Shown piece by piece: positions 8,180 to 18,003 of a stretch of DNA of 64,000 bases (its first letter is position 1; each line of letters begins with the position of its first letter). The stretch is from Anaeromyxobacteraceae bacterium (GTDB taxonomy: Bacteria; Myxococcota; Myxococcia; Myxococcales; Anaeromyxobacteraceae). Where the stretch lies: NCBI GenBank assembly GCA_047602405.1, contig JASGHJ010000001.1:640001-704000 (forward strand), written 5' to 3'. A model generated the notes under the pieces. It ran no database searches. It was not told the DNA's origin and saw nothing but the letters and a program-made list of their open reading frames with translations. Both the position numbers and the translations under genes were made by a program.

Positions 8180-8776
8180 CTACGGCGCGGGCTTCGCCTT
8201 CACCACGCTCGCCTTCAGGATCCGCACCGCCGGCGTGAGCGTCTGCCCGTCGGCGGGCGCGGCCTGGATCTTCCGCACCACGTCCATCCCCTTCACGACC
8301 TGCCCGAAGGCCGCGAAGCCCTGGCCGTCGGGGTTGCGCTTCCCGCCGAAGTCGAGCTCCGGCTGCGGTCCGACGCAGACGAAGAAGTCGCTCGTGGCGC
8401 TGTCCGGCTCGGCGCGCGCCATCGAGATCGTGCCGTCGAGGTGCCTCAGGCCCGTCTTCGTCGTGCGCTCGAGGCCGATGGCGGGCCAGCCCTTCGCCTC
8501 CTGCTCCGGCGCGACGCCGCCCTGGATGACCTCGATCTTCACCTTGTTGTTGGGCTGGTTGTCGGGCTTCAGCGTCACCGTCCGGTGGAACCGCCCGCCG
8601 TCGTAGTGCCCGGCCTCGACGTAGCGCAGGAAGTTCTTCGCGGTGACCGGCGCGTGCGCGACGTCGACCGCGAGCTCGAGCTCGCCGAGGCCGGTGGTCA
8701 TGACGACGTGGACGGGCTTCGTCGCGGCGGGGCCCGGGGCGGTGAACAGGATGGCGAGGAGCGAGGCGGCGAGCAT
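8180..8776 (-). CDS. Cyclophilin-type peptidyl-prolyl isomerase, exported
   Basis: APVTAKNFLRYV, FHRTV, VIQGG, GTISMAR, FAAFGQVVKGMDVV. Confidence 0.92.
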   Translation of the reverse strand: MLAASLLAILFTAPGPAATKPVHVVMTTGLGELELAVDVAHAPVTAKNFLRYVEAGHYDGGRFHRTVTLKPDNQPNNKVKIEVIQGGVAPEQEAKGWPAIGLERTTKTGLRHLDGTISMARAEPDSATSDFFVCVGPQPELDFGGKRNPDGQGFAAFGQVVKGMDVVRKIQAAPADGQTLTPAVRILKASVVKAKPAP

Positions 8777-8785
8777 GGGAGGAGT

Positions 8786-9565
8786 CTACCGCGGCCTGGG
8801 GTGCAGGACGGCGTGTACGGCCTGGCCGGCGGTGTGGACCCCCGGGGCGACCTGCTCGATGACCAGCGCAGCCGAGACCGTCATCACGAGCACGAGGAGG
8901 GCCGGGCCCCAGGTCGCCCTCGCCGCGGCGCTCCAGGGCTCCTGCACGAGGGGCCTCCCGCGGATGCTCCGGTAGACGAGCCCGCCGAAGGTCGCGTCCA
9001 GCGCCACCTCAGCGAGCAGGCCCGGAGCCGTCCAGACCAACCAGACCGAGACGATGAGCGCCGTGGCGGTCAGGGCCGCGAGCACCGTCACCACGATCGC
9101 GAAGGCGATCCCCTCGAGGTCGAGATCGAGGTCCGGCACGGGCAGGTCGAAGCCGGAGGACGGAGCCTCCACCTCGACGAGGCCCAGGTCCACGGGACCG
9201 CCCGGTCCGCGCGCACCGCGGAGCGCATGGTTGGCCAGGTCCCACGCGCCGCCGGGATCTTCCGCGACGGCGTCCAGGGTCCGGCCGGCCGCCTCCCCGA
9301 GGAAGCGAGCATCCGGTCCGATCCCGGCCGCGACGAGCAACCAGACGCGCAAGAGCACGAGGAACGTGGCGTAGGCGGCGAGGACCCCGAGCAGCCACCG
9401 GAGCGCCATCCGATCCACGCCGTGATGCAAGAGGAACACCGAGGTCAGGAAGCCCACGGCCGCGGTGAGGGTGATCATCCCGAGCATCGCGAGCCGTGGG
9501 TGTCCGCGCTCCACCCACCGCCGCATCTTCGCGTGCTCCCGGGTCCGATCGAAGCGAAGCGCCAT
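8786..9565 (-). CDS. Hypothetical membrane protein
   Basis: Several hydrophobic segments; start placed at MALRFDR. Confidence 0.65.
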   Translation of the reverse strand: MALRFDRTREHAKMRRWVERGHPRLAMLGMITLTAAVGFLTSVFLLHHGVDRMALRWLLGVLAAYATFLVLLRVWLLVAAGIGPDARFLGEAAGRTLDAVAEDPGGAWDLANHALRGARGPGGPVDLGLVEVEAPSSGFDLPVPDLDLDLEGIAFAIVVTVLAALTATALIVSVWLVWTAPGLLAEVALDATFGGLVYRSIRGRPLVQEPWSAAARATWGPALLVLVMTVSAALVIEQVAPGVHTAGQAVHAVLHPRPR

Positions 9566-9693
9566 CGGCCACCCCCGCGAACCAGCGGACCAGATCGCGG
9601 CGCGGGACGCGAGCGAAACCGGACGCGACCGAAGGGGTCGCGCGTCACTGTCAGCCAACCTCAGTGTGAGGATCGAATTCTCGAAGGTAAGGG

Positions 9694-9762
9694 GTCGAGG
9701 GCCTCCAGGTGAAGCTCGTCCTCACGGACGGCAGCGAGCGCACGGTCGACCTCGCGCCGCTC
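9694..9762 (+). pseudogene. Possible remnant of a DUF2442-type (antitoxin-like) gene
   Basis: Frame reads VEGLQVKLVLTDGSERTVDLAPL, resembling the DUF2442 N-terminus; no intact start, cut off at the ligase stop. Confidence 0.3.
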
Positions 9763-9764
9763 AC

Positions 9765-11423
9765 CTACCCCTCCGCCTCCTCGGCGGCGTCCGTCCCGCC
9801 CTCGCGCTCGCCCTGCGCGAGGAAGATCCGGCGCACGGTCTCGATGGTGTCGGCCTGCTCCACCGGCTTGTCCTCGCGGTAGCGCTTCACGCGCGCGAAG
9901 CGGAGCGCGAGGCCGCCGGGGTAGCGGGTCGAGGCCTGCAGGCCGTCGAAGGCGATCTCGACGACGAGCTCCGGGCGGACGTGCACGACCCAGCCGTCGG
10001 ACTCGCCGAGCGCCATCGAGCGCAGCTTCTCGGTCTGCCAGCGCAGCATCGCGTCGGTCATGCCCTTGAAGGTCTTTCCGAGCATGACGAAGCCGCCGTG
10101 CTCGGGGTCGCGGGCGCCGAGGTGCAGGTTGGAGAGCCAGGCGCTCCGGCGGCCGGAGCCCTTCTCGACCGCGAGCACGACGAGGTCGAGCGTGTGGGCG
10201 CGCTTCACCTTGCGCCAGGCGGCGCCGCGGCGGCCCGCCTCGTAGGGCGCCTCCAGCGACTTCGCGACGATCCCCTCGTGGCCGCGGCCGAGCGCGCCGT
10301 CGAGGAACTCGGTCGCGTCGTCGAGGTCGTCGGTCACGAGCCGGGGCACGCGCATCGTGGCGGGGACCTCGGCCGCGAGCCGCTCGGCGCGGTCGCGCGC
10401 GGTGCGGCCCACGAGGTCCTCGCCGCCGGCGTGGAGGAGGTCGAAGAAGAGGGCGGTGAGGAGCGGACCGCCCCTCGTCTCCGCCCGTTCATCCCGAGCG
10501 TTGGCCCCGCGAAGCGGGTCCGGAGTCGAGGGACGCTCGGGGTGAACGGCTCCAGAGACGTCGCGCCCCCGTCGCCCGAACCGGCTCATCGTGACCTGGA
10601 AGGGCTCGGGCGTGCCGTCGGGCCGGAGCGCGATGGCCTCGCCGTCGAGCACGATCGAGCCGACCGGGAGCCTCTTCACCGCGGCGACGATCTCCGGCAC
10701 CGCGGGCGTCACGTCGCGCAGCGTGCGGGAGAACACGCGTACCTCGTCGCCGTCCCGGTGCACCTGGACCCGGGCGCCGTCGAGCTTCCACTCCAGCGCC
10801 GCCTCGCCGAGCTCGTCGAGCGCCTCGGCGACGTCGGCGGCGGGCGAGGCGAGCATCGGCGAGACCGGCTCGAGGAGGCGCAGCCGGAAGCGCGCGAGGC
10901 CCGCCAGGCTCTCCCCGAGCGCCGCCTCGGCGACCTCGGCGAGCGCGCCGCCCATCATCGCGGCGCGCCGGACCTCGTGGGCGGGGACCTCCGCGGCCTT
11001 CGCGACCGCCTCGACGAGCACGCCCTCGAGGGCGCCCTGGCGGAGCTCGCCGAGCAACAGCCCGGTGAGGAACGCGCGCTCCTCCGCGGTCGCCCGGGAG
11101 AGGAGACCCTCCAGCGTCCGGCGCCGCTCGCCGGCGGAGCCGCCGCCGCGCGCCGCGGCGATCCGCTCGAGCGCGGCCTGCACGTCGGCGAGCTCGAGGG
11201 TGGGCTCCGCGGCCGCGGGGACGGCCTCGAGCGCCGCGCGGACCGTGGCGTGGCCGAGGCCGATCCGGCCCTGCACGAGCTCGCCCGCGAGCCACGCGGC
11301 GCCGAGGCGGCGCTCGCCCGGGCCGAGCGCGCGCAGCACCGCCGCGAGCCGCGAGACCTTCTCGAGGCGCGCGGAGGTACGGGCGACCTCGGCGGAGGTC
11401 CGGGCGAGCTCCTGTAACCTCAC
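9765..11423 (-). CDS. ATP-dependent DNA ligase
   Basis: EWKLDGARVQVH adenylation motif, VLDGE, FFDLL, EGIVAK, WRKVK, ALRFARV; GTG start overlaps the upstream stop. Confidence 0.92.
   Translation of the reverse strand: MRLQELARTSAEVARTSARLEKVSRLAAVLRALGPGERRLGAAWLAGELVQGRIGLGHATVRAALEAVPAAAEPTLELADVQAALERIAAARGGGSAGERRRTLEGLLSRATAEERAFLTGLLLGELRQGALEGVLVEAVAKAAEVPAHEVRRAAMMGGALAEVAEAALGESLAGLARFRLRLLEPVSPMLASPAADVAEALDELGEAALEWKLDGARVQVHRDGDEVRVFSRTLRDVTPAVPEIVAAVKRLPVGSIVLDGEAIALRPDGTPEPFQVTMSRFGRRGRDVSGAVHPERPSTPDPLRGANARDERAETRGGPLLTALFFDLLHAGGEDLVGRTARDRAERLAAEVPATMRVPRLVTDDLDDATEFLDGALGRGHEGIVAKSLEAPYEAGRRGAAWRKVKRAHTLDLVVLAVEKGSGRRSAWLSNLHLGARDPEHGGFVMLGKTFKGMTDAMLRWQTEKLRSMALGESDGWVVHVRPELVVEIAFDGLQASTRYPGGLALRFARVKRYREDKPVEQADTIETVRRIFLAQGEREGGTDAAEEAEG
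10485..10549. repeat. Palindromic REP/RPE-like element inside the ligase gene
   Basis: CCGTTCATCCCGAGCG...CGCTCGGGGTGAACGG inverted repeat (15/16); homologous to 25434-25483. Confidence 0.75.
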
Positions 11424-11752
11424 AGGGTGATGACCTGGTCCACCTTCGCGGGCGCGAGCGCCCTGTAGAGGTCCGGGAAGCAGCCGATCGGCACGCCCTC
11501 GAAGAGGCGGTCGGCGATGTTGCGCTGGTAGCAGCACTGGTCGCAGCCCATGAGCAGCATGCCGGTCTTCTTCGAGAGCGCGTGCAGCCGCTCGCCGGTG
11601 GGGTTGCCGCGGGTGAGCAGGTAGTTGTTGTCGAAGAAGAAGAACATGCCGGCGACCTCGGCCCCGTGCCGGCCCTCCTCGAGCTGGGGCACGATCATCT
11701 TCTCGAGGATGAACGAGGCGTTCGGGGTGGAGAACACGTAGGCGACCTTCAT
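11420..11752 (-). CDS. DsrE-related (SaoD-like) sulfur-relay protein
   Basis: MKVAYVF...GMFFFFDNNYLL...MGCDQCC...IGCFPDLY; 110 aa. Confidence 0.75.
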   Translation of the reverse strand: MKVAYVFSTPNASFILEKMIVPQLEEGRHGAEVAGMFFFFDNNYLLTRGNPTGERLHALSKKTGMLLMGCDQCCYQRNIADRLFEGVPIGCFPDLYRALAPAKVDQVITL

Positions 11753-12144
11753 GCGGGCTCCTGGGCAGGGGTGGGACGGGTGACGCGAGAGAGGGCGTCC
11801 AGGACCGCCGCGGCGACGATGGCCGCGCGGTCGCGGTGGGCGGGGTGGATCCCGCGGACCCGCGCCTGCAGCGCGGCCGGGCCGAGGTCGGTGACGCCGG
11901 CCTCGAGCGCGCGGCAGGCGGCCTCGGCGTACGCGACGAGCGAGGCGCAGACGGTGGCCTGGAACCGGGCGCGCGCGACCCACCCTCGGCCGTCGAGCCA
12001 CAGCCCCACGCGCACGAACCGGTCGCCGGCGCGCGCCTCGCCGAGGACGTGCGGACCGTCGAGGGGCCCGCCGTGGGCGGGATCGGAGAGGAGGTCGCCC
12101 GCCGTGGGGACGGCCGCCCGCGGCGCGGAGGGGTCCGGGTTCAC
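11749..12144 (-). CDS. NifU_N/IscU-like scaffold-fold protein, divergent
   Basis: ARARFQATVCASLVAYAEAAC resembles the IscU F-x-A-x-G-C region; start uncertain. Confidence 0.55.
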   Translation of the reverse strand: MNPDPSAPRAAVPTAGDLLSDPAHGGPLDGPHVLGEARAGDRFVRVGLWLDGRGWVARARFQATVCASLVAYAEAACRALEAGVTDLGPAALQARVRGIHPAHRDRAAIVAAAVLDALSRVTRPTPAQEPA

Positions 12145-12224
12145 CCCCGGGAGTGTGGTGGAGTCCTCGCGCCGCCGCCACGCCCATGTGAATGCGGCCC
12201 GCGGCCGGGGCGTGGCAACCAGGA

Positions 12225-12683
12225 TCAGTACTTCGAATCCTCCGCCTCGATGAGGCGGTAGATCGCGGCCGCGTCGGGCGCGGCCAGGATCGTCTCGCGG
12301 AACGCCGGGTTCTTGAAGATCCGGCTGATGCGCGCGAGGGCCTTCAGGTGCGCCCCGGCCGAGTTCTCGGGCGCGAACAGCGTGAAGAAGAGGTAGGTGG
12401 GCTTGCCGTCGATGGCGCGGAAGTCCACGCCGCCCGGCGCACGGCCGAAGCTCGCGATCAGGCCCGGGAGCCCGGCGACCTTGCCGTGCGGGATGGCCAC
12501 GCCGTCGCCGATGCCGGTCGACCCGAGCTTCTCGCGCTCCAGCAGCGTCTCGAGGAGCTTCTGAGGATCCACCCGCTGCGCCGCGGCCAGCGGCCGGCAC
12601 AGCTCGGCGAGCGCGGCCGCCCCGGTCGCGCCGGAGACGTCCGCGAGCACCGCTTCTGGCCGGAGGAACTCGACGATCTTCAT
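12225..12683 (-). CDS. ptsN: PTS IIA-Ntr
   Basis: EREKLGSTGIGDGVAIPHGK; downstream of rpoN-hpf. Confidence 0.9.
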   Translation of the reverse strand: MKIVEFLRPEAVLADVSGATGAAALAELCRPLAAAQRVDPQKLLETLLEREKLGSTGIGDGVAIPHGKVAGLPGLIASFGRAPGGVDFRAIDGKPTYLFFTLFAPENSAGAHLKALARISRIFKNPAFRETILAAPDAAAIYRLIEAEDSKY

Positions 12684-12800
12684 CGGCGCGAACCCCAGCT
12701 AACACAGGTGCGGACGACCCGGCAAGACGGCAAGCCAGGCTTCGCGCGGGTTCGTGCGCGGGGCGCGGGGCCCGGCGGCCCCGCGTCCCGTGACCGCGGC

Positions 12801-13403
12801 TCAGGCCCGGCCGTTCACCGCCTGCTTCATGGGCGCGGCGGTCCCGGTCCCGGCCTCCAGCAACCCGAGGGTGCCGTCGTCGCGCTTGTAGACGACGTTC
12901 ACGGCCTGGGTCGCCTCGTTCAGGAACACGAAGAAGGTCGAGTCGAGCAGCTCCATCTGCAGGATCGCGTCGTCCACCGACATCGGCCGCGCCTCGAAGC
13001 GCTTGCTCTTCACGACCCGGTGGCTGGGACGGTCGGGGTTCTCGAGCACGTCGAGGACGTCGTGGCGGACGTCGACCGCCTGGGAGGCGGCGAGGGGGAC
13101 CGGCGTCGGGGAGGACTTCCTGGTGGTGATCTTCTCCTTGTGCTTCTTGAGCTGGCGCTCGATGCGCTCGGCGGCGGCGTCGATGGAGGCGTACATGTCC
13201 TCGGACTTCGCGGTGCCGCGCAGCAGGAACTTGCCGGCCTTCAGGGTGATCTCGGCGTGGTGGTGCAGGTGCTCGACGTGGAGCACGGCGTGCGCCTCGC
13301 CGGGCCTGTCGACGTACCGCTGACAGTGCTCGATGCGGCTGCGCACGTGGTCCTTCAGCGCTTCGGTGGGCTCGAGATGCCGGAAGGTGACGTTGACCTG
13401 CAT
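12801..13403 (-). CDS. hpf: Ribosome hibernation promoting factor, long form
   Basis: MQVNVTFRH, DMYASID, PMSVDDAILQM, VVYKRDDG. Confidence 0.92.
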   Translation of the reverse strand: MQVNVTFRHLEPTEALKDHVRSRIEHCQRYVDRPGEAHAVLHVEHLHHHAEITLKAGKFLLRGTAKSEDMYASIDAAAERIERQLKKHKEKITTRKSSPTPVPLAASQAVDVRHDVLDVLENPDRPSHRVVKSKRFEARPMSVDDAILQMELLDSTFFVFLNEATQAVNVVYKRDDGTLGLLEAGTGTAAPMKQAVNGRA

Positions 13404-13682
13404 GAGTTGCTCCCTCAGCCTGCGGGGGAAAATGCTACGGCCGCGCTCCGGCGGATGCTGCTTCCGCCGGCCTCGCGGCCGTTCGATGTTGCCCACGGAC
13501 GGACAACATTCACGTGAGGATTGTAACGCCCTCGAGCGGGCGGGGATCCGCCCCGTGGTCGAAGGACGGGATCCTGAGTGGGTCCACCCGCGGGGGCGGG
13601 TGCGGGGCGCACGTGCACCGACCCGCGGTACGGGCGCTCGGCAGATTGACCGGTTCGGCTCGCGAAGCCGCTCGCGCGCGGA

Positions 13683-15188
13683 CTAAAAGTACTTCTTGCG
13701 CTTCGAGCTCGGCAGGATCCCCAGCACCTCGCGGTACTTCGCCACGGTGCGGCGCGCGATCTCGATGTTCTGGGTCTTCAGGATCTCGACGATCCGCTGG
13801 TCCGAGTGGGGATGGCGCGGGTCCTCGGCGGAGACGATCTGGCGGATGTGGTTCTTGACCGCCTCGGAGGCGATCTCGTCGCCGCCGGTCTTCGCGATGG
13901 CCGAGTTGAAGAAGAACTTGAGCTCGTAGATGCCCTGCGGCGTGTGGACGTACTTGTTGGTCGTGACCCGCGAGACGGTCGACTCGTGCATCCCGATGTC
14001 CTCGGCGACGTCGCGGAGGATCAGCGGCTTCAGGTGCGCGATGCCGCGGTCGAGGAAGTCCCGCTGGAACTTCACGATCGACTCGGTGACCTTGTAGATG
14101 GTCCGCTGGCGCTGGTGGATGGAGCGGATGAGCCACACCGCGCTGCGCAGCTTGTCCTGGATGTACTCCTTCGCGGCGCCGGCCTGCCCGTTCTTGAGCG
14201 CCGCCCGGTACATGCCGGAGATGCGGAGCTTCGAGAGGCCGTCGTCGTTGAGGACGGTGACGTACTTGTCCCCCATCTTGTGAACGTAGACGTCGGGGGT
14301 GATGTACTGCGCGTCCTCGCCGGTGTACGCGCGGCCGGGCTTCGGCTCGAGCTTCGAGATCACCCGGACGGCCTTCACGACCTCCTCGATGGTGATCTTG
14401 AGGTCCTTCGCGATCGCCTGGAAGTTCTTCGACTCGAGGTGCTTCAGGTGACGCTCGATGATCGCGACGATCTCGGGCGTGTCGGCGTTGATGTGGCGGA
14501 CCTGGAGCAGGAGGCACTCGCGCAGGTTGCGGGCGGCGACGCCAATCGGGTCGAGCGTCTGGACCTTGTGCAGCACGTGCTCGGCGAACTCGACGCCGCA
14601 GCCGCACTCGAACGACACGCGGACGATCGGGTCGCGCGGGGTCGCGTCCTCGGTCTCGCCCTCGACCGCCGGCATCTTGAAGTAGCCGTCGTCGTCGAGG
14701 TTCCCGATGATGAACATCGCGACCTGCTCCTCCTCGTGCGTGAAGTGCGAGAGGCGGAGCTGCCAGACGAGGTGGTCGACGAGGTCGGTCTTCTTGGTGA
14801 GGGTGGCCTCGTAGCCGGGGAGCTCCTCGTCGGCGAGGCCGCGGTTCGACGGCGCGGTGTGGCCCTGGAGCTGGTAGTGGTCGAGGTACTGGTCCCAGTC
14901 GATCTCGTTCTGGCCCTCCTCGCCCTTCACCTCCTCGGCGCGTTCGGCCTCCTTGTGCTCGGGCTTGGCCTCGTGCTCGGCGACCTCGGCGGGGCTCTCG
15001 CCGCTCTGGACCGGCTCCTCCTCCGGCTCGTCGGCGCCCTCGAGCATCGGGTTCTCGGTGACCTCGGTGCGGATGAGGTCCACGAGCTCCATCCGCGAGA
15101 GCTGGAGCAGCTTGATGGCCTGCTGCAGCTGGGGCGTCATCACCAGCTGCTGCGTCATCTTGAGGCTTTGCTTCAGCTCGAGGCTCAT
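13683..15188 (-). CDS. rpoN: RNA polymerase sigma-54 factor
   Basis: [24 protein letters not shown], RpoN box [10 protein letters not shown]. Confidence 0.97.
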   Translation of the reverse strand: MSLELKQSLKMTQQLVMTPQLQQAIKLLQLSRMELVDLIRTEVTENPMLEGADEPEEEPVQSGESPAEVAEHEAKPEHKEAERAEEVKGEEGQNEIDWDQYLDHYQLQGHTAPSNRGLADEELPGYEATLTKKTDLVDHLVWQLRLSHFTHEEEQVAMFIIGNLDDDGYFKMPAVEGETEDATPRDPIVRVSFECGCGVEFAEHVLHKVQTLDPIGVAARNLRECLLLQVRHINADTPEIVAIIERHLKHLESKNFQAIAKDLKITIEEVVKAVRVISKLEPKPGRAYTGEDAQYITPDVYVHKMGDKYVTVLNDDGLSKLRISGMYRAALKNGQAGAAKEYIQDKLRSAVWLIRSIHQRQRTIYKVTESIVKFQRDFLDRGIAHLKPLILRDVAEDIGMHESTVSRVTTNKYVHTPQGIYELKFFFNSAIAKTGGDEIASEAVKNHIRQIVSAEDPRHPHSDQRIVEILKTQNIEIARRTVAKYREVLGILPSSKRKKYF

Positions 15189-15934
15189 CTCGCTTCCGTC
15201 CCCTCTTCCAGCCTGAACTTCTCGCCGAGGTACACCGCCCGCGCGCGCGGGCTGGCCGCGATCTCGGCCGGGGTGCCGGCCTCGAGCAGCGTGCCCGACG
15301 AGAGGATGTAGGCCCGGGTGCAGATGCCGAGCGCCTCGCGCACGGCGTGATCGGTGATGAGGACGCCGATGCCCCGGTCGCGGAGCGACCCGATGAGGCG
15401 CTGCAGCTCGCCCACCGCGATGGGGTCGACGCCCGCGAAGGGCTCGTCGAACAGGATGTGGCGCGGGTCGGAGAGCAGGCTGCGCGCCACCTCGGCCCGG
15501 CGCCGCTCCCCGCCGGAGAGCTGCTCGCCGAGGCTGTTCACGATCTTCTCGAGCCGGAACTCCTCGATGAGCGCGTCGGCCCGCCTCTCGCGCTCGGCCT
15601 TGCCCTTGCCGAGCGCCTCGAGCACGGCGATGAAGTTCTGCCGGACGGTCAGCTTCCGGAAGATCGACGCCTCCTGCGGCAGGTACCCCACCCCGAGCCG
15701 CGCGCGGCGGTGCATCGGGAGCTTCGTGAGGTCGGCGTCGCCGAGCGTCACCTTGCCGGCGTCGGGCACGACGAGCCCGACCACCATGTTGAACGAGGTC
15801 GTCTTGCCCGCGCCGTTCGGCCCGAGCAGCCCGACCACCTCGCCCGGCTCGACGTGGAAGGACACGCCGTCGACCACGCGGCGGCCGCGGTAGGTCTTCT
15901 GGAGGCCCTCGGCCTTGAGCAGGTCGGCGCTCAC
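15185..15934 (-). CDS. lptB: LPS export ABC ATPase
   Basis: [38 protein letters not shown]. Confidence 0.93.
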   Translation of the reverse strand: MSADLLKAEGLQKTYRGRRVVDGVSFHVEPGEVVGLLGPNGAGKTTSFNMVVGLVVPDAGKVTLGDADLTKLPMHRRARLGVGYLPQEASIFRKLTVRQNFIAVLEALGKGKAERERRADALIEEFRLEKIVNSLGEQLSGGERRRAEVARSLLSDPRHILFDEPFAGVDPIAVGELQRLIGSLRDRGIGVLITDHAVREALGICTRAYILSSGTLLEAGTPAEIAASPRARAVYLGEKFRLEEGTEAR

Positions 15935-16542
15935 CGCTTCACGTCCCCCGCGCCCTTCGCCCGGCGCCGCTCCTGGAGCTCGGCCTTGCGCTGCTCGACC
16001 TCGTCGTTCGGCACCGTCACCTGCACGGGCTTTCCGGGCTCGCCCTCGAACCGGACCTCGTCCTCCCTGAGGTCGTAGACGAGCTTCGTGCCGCGCGCCT
16101 CGCTGCCCGCGTCGCGCAGCACCGGGTTGCCCTCGCAGGTGACCCGGTCGCTCGCGCCGTCGAAGACCGCGCGGTCGCAGGTGAGCTCCCGCAGGCCGCG
16201 CACGAGGCGGACGTCGCCGGTGCAGTTCGCGGTGGCGACGCGGTTCGAGGCGTCGGTGCGGACGAGGATCTCCTTGCAGCTGAGCCGCGCGTCGTCGCGG
16301 GTCAGCACCACCGGCGCACCGCGGCTCGAGGCCGCCATCTCGCGCTTCTTGAACCGGTACTGGACGTCGACCGCCTCGAGCACGAGCAGGCCCCCACCGG
16401 TGGTGGCGAGGCGGGCGCCCGGCTGCCTCGCCGCGGCCTTCGCCGCGGCCTTCGCCGGCGGCGCCTTCGGCGCGACGGCGGCCGCCGGGGCGGCGACCGG
16501 CGCCTGGAGCGCCAGCGCGGCGATGAGGCCGAGCACCGTCAC
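15931..16542 (-). CDS. lptA: LptA/OstA-family LPS transport protein
   Basis: Signal peptide, beta-jellyroll-like CEGNPVL...GTKLVYDL; directly upstream of lptB. Confidence 0.75.
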   Translation of the reverse strand: MTVLGLIAALALQAPVAAPAAAVAPKAPPAKAAAKAAARQPGARLATTGGGLLVLEAVDVQYRFKKREMAASSRGAPVVLTRDDARLSCKEILVRTDASNRVATANCTGDVRLVRGLRELTCDRAVFDGASDRVTCEGNPVLRDAGSEARGTKLVYDLREDEVRFEGEPGKPVQVTVPNDEVEQRKAELQERRRAKGAGDVKR

Positions 16543-17072
16543 CGGGTCCCCGCCTCCTGCGCCTCGAGCCGGACCCCGCCGCCGACCGTGAGGTCGCCGG
16601 AGCGCGGATCCGCGGTGAACCCCTTGCCCGTCAGCTTCCAGGCGGCCTTGCCCGTGCCGTCGACGGCGACCGGCTCCTCGCCCCGGATCAGGGGCGGCGG
16701 GCCGGCCACGTAGGTCGCGGAGGCCGTCCGGGCGGTCGCGTCGGCCCGCTGGAGGACGAGGCCGCCCGAGGCCGTGAAGGTCCGCTCCTTGAGCCTTCCG
16801 TGGCCCTCGGCGGCGGTCAACCGGGCGTCGCCGCCCGACGGGGCCGCGAGGTCCGCGGTGAGATTCCGTGCCAGGAGCTCGTTCGTCGCCCGCCGGTAAT
16901 CGGCGCGGGCGGCCTGCCCGGACGCGCGCAGCGCGCTCCCCCGGTAGACCCTGAACTGCACCCCTTCGAGCTTCAGACCTGGCACGAGCTCCTCGGACGA
17001 CCCCTGACCGCTCTGTCGACAACCGGCGCAGACGAGGGCCATCCACAGCGCCACCCACGTCGACCGGCTCAT
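16539..17072 (-). CDS. lptC: LptC-like LPS export protein
   Basis: N-terminal hydrophobic segment/lipobox-like CAGC, beta-rich body, position before lptA; start uncertain (17072 or 17090). Confidence 0.6.
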   Translation of the reverse strand: MSRSTWVALWMALVCAGCRQSGQGSSEELVPGLKLEGVQFRVYRGSALRASGQAARADYRRATNELLARNLTADLAAPSGGDARLTAAEGHGRLKERTFTASGGLVLQRADATARTASATYVAGPPPLIRGEEPVAVDGTGKAAWKLTGKGFTADPRSGDLTVGGGVRLEAQEAGTR

Positions 17073-17115
17073 CCAAGACCGCCAAACCATAGCATTCTTT
17101 CCCCGTCTGATCGAC

Positions 17116-17132
17116 GGGCACACCCCTTGCTA
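17116..17132 (+). promoter_or_regulatory. Sigma54 -24/-12-like motif 1
   Basis: GGGCACACCCCTTGCTA, GG-N10-GC spacing with TTGC. Confidence 0.5.
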
Positions 17133-17181
17133 GTGTTTGTCAAGGCCCCTGGTCTAGGCAGCGGAAAGCTCAGCCTTTTTT

Positions 17182-17198
17182 CGGCATCGACTTTGCTA
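17182..17198 (+). promoter_or_regulatory. Sigma54 -24/-12-like motif 2
   Basis: CGGCATCGACTTTGCTA, GG-N10-GC spacing with TTGC, upstream of the rhomboid gene. Confidence 0.5.
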
Positions 17199-17329
17199 GG
17201 GGTGCCGCTTGCCTTCAGGGCCTCGGATCAGGCAGGCGGCCGGACGGGGTCCCTCCCGGCCGCGAGGGCGGGAGGGTACCACGGGCCAAAACCGAGGGCC
17301 CGCGGCGGGGCGCGGTGTACTTTCGCAGG

Positions 17330-17996
17330 GTGGAAACGACTCCGGGCGTACCCGCCCCGCCGCTCCTCCGCCCGTACACGCCGTGGGCCACGCGGATCAC
17401 GCTCGCGGTCGTGGCGGCCGTGTCGCTCCTCGCCCTGGTCCTGCCGGCCGGCGCGCTGCTCGACCACCTCAGGAAGGACAACGACGCCCTCGACGACGGC
17501 GAGTGGTGGCGCCTCGTGACGCCCGGCCTCGTGCACGGCAACGCGATGCACCTCGCGATGAACGGCATCTTCCTCGCCGACCTCGGCGGCCTCGTCGAGC
17601 GGCTCTTCGGCCCGGGGCGGATGCTGCTCGTGCTGTGGGGCTCGGTGGTGACCGGCACGCTCGCGAGCTACCTCGTGAACCCGTCGCCGTCGGTCGGCAT
17701 CTCCGGCGGGCTCTTCGGCCTCGTCGGGGCGCTCCTCGCCCAGGGGCTCCGGCACTGGCGCCGGCTCTCGCCGGAGGGCCGCAAGCTCTTCCTGCGTGGG
17801 CCGATCGAGAATCGTGCTCCTCAACCTCGCGCTCGGCTTCGCGCTGCCCTCGATCGACAACTCCGCCCACCTCGGCGGCCTCGTGGGCGGCCTCGTGATC
17901 GGGGTGGTCGCCGGCTTCCCGCCGGACGTGCGGGCGCTGCTCGGGGCGCGGCCGCAACAGCCGCCTCCCTTCATGGACCGCTCCCCCCGAGCGTAG
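17330..17996 (+). CDS. Rhomboid intramembrane serine protease with apparent +1 frameshift at about 17810
   Basis: EWWRLVT, HLAMN and GISGG in one frame, SAHLGG in the next; removing one A at 17810-17811 gives a 221-aa ORF. Confidence 0.85.
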
Positions 17997-18003
17997 GGCC
18001 GCG

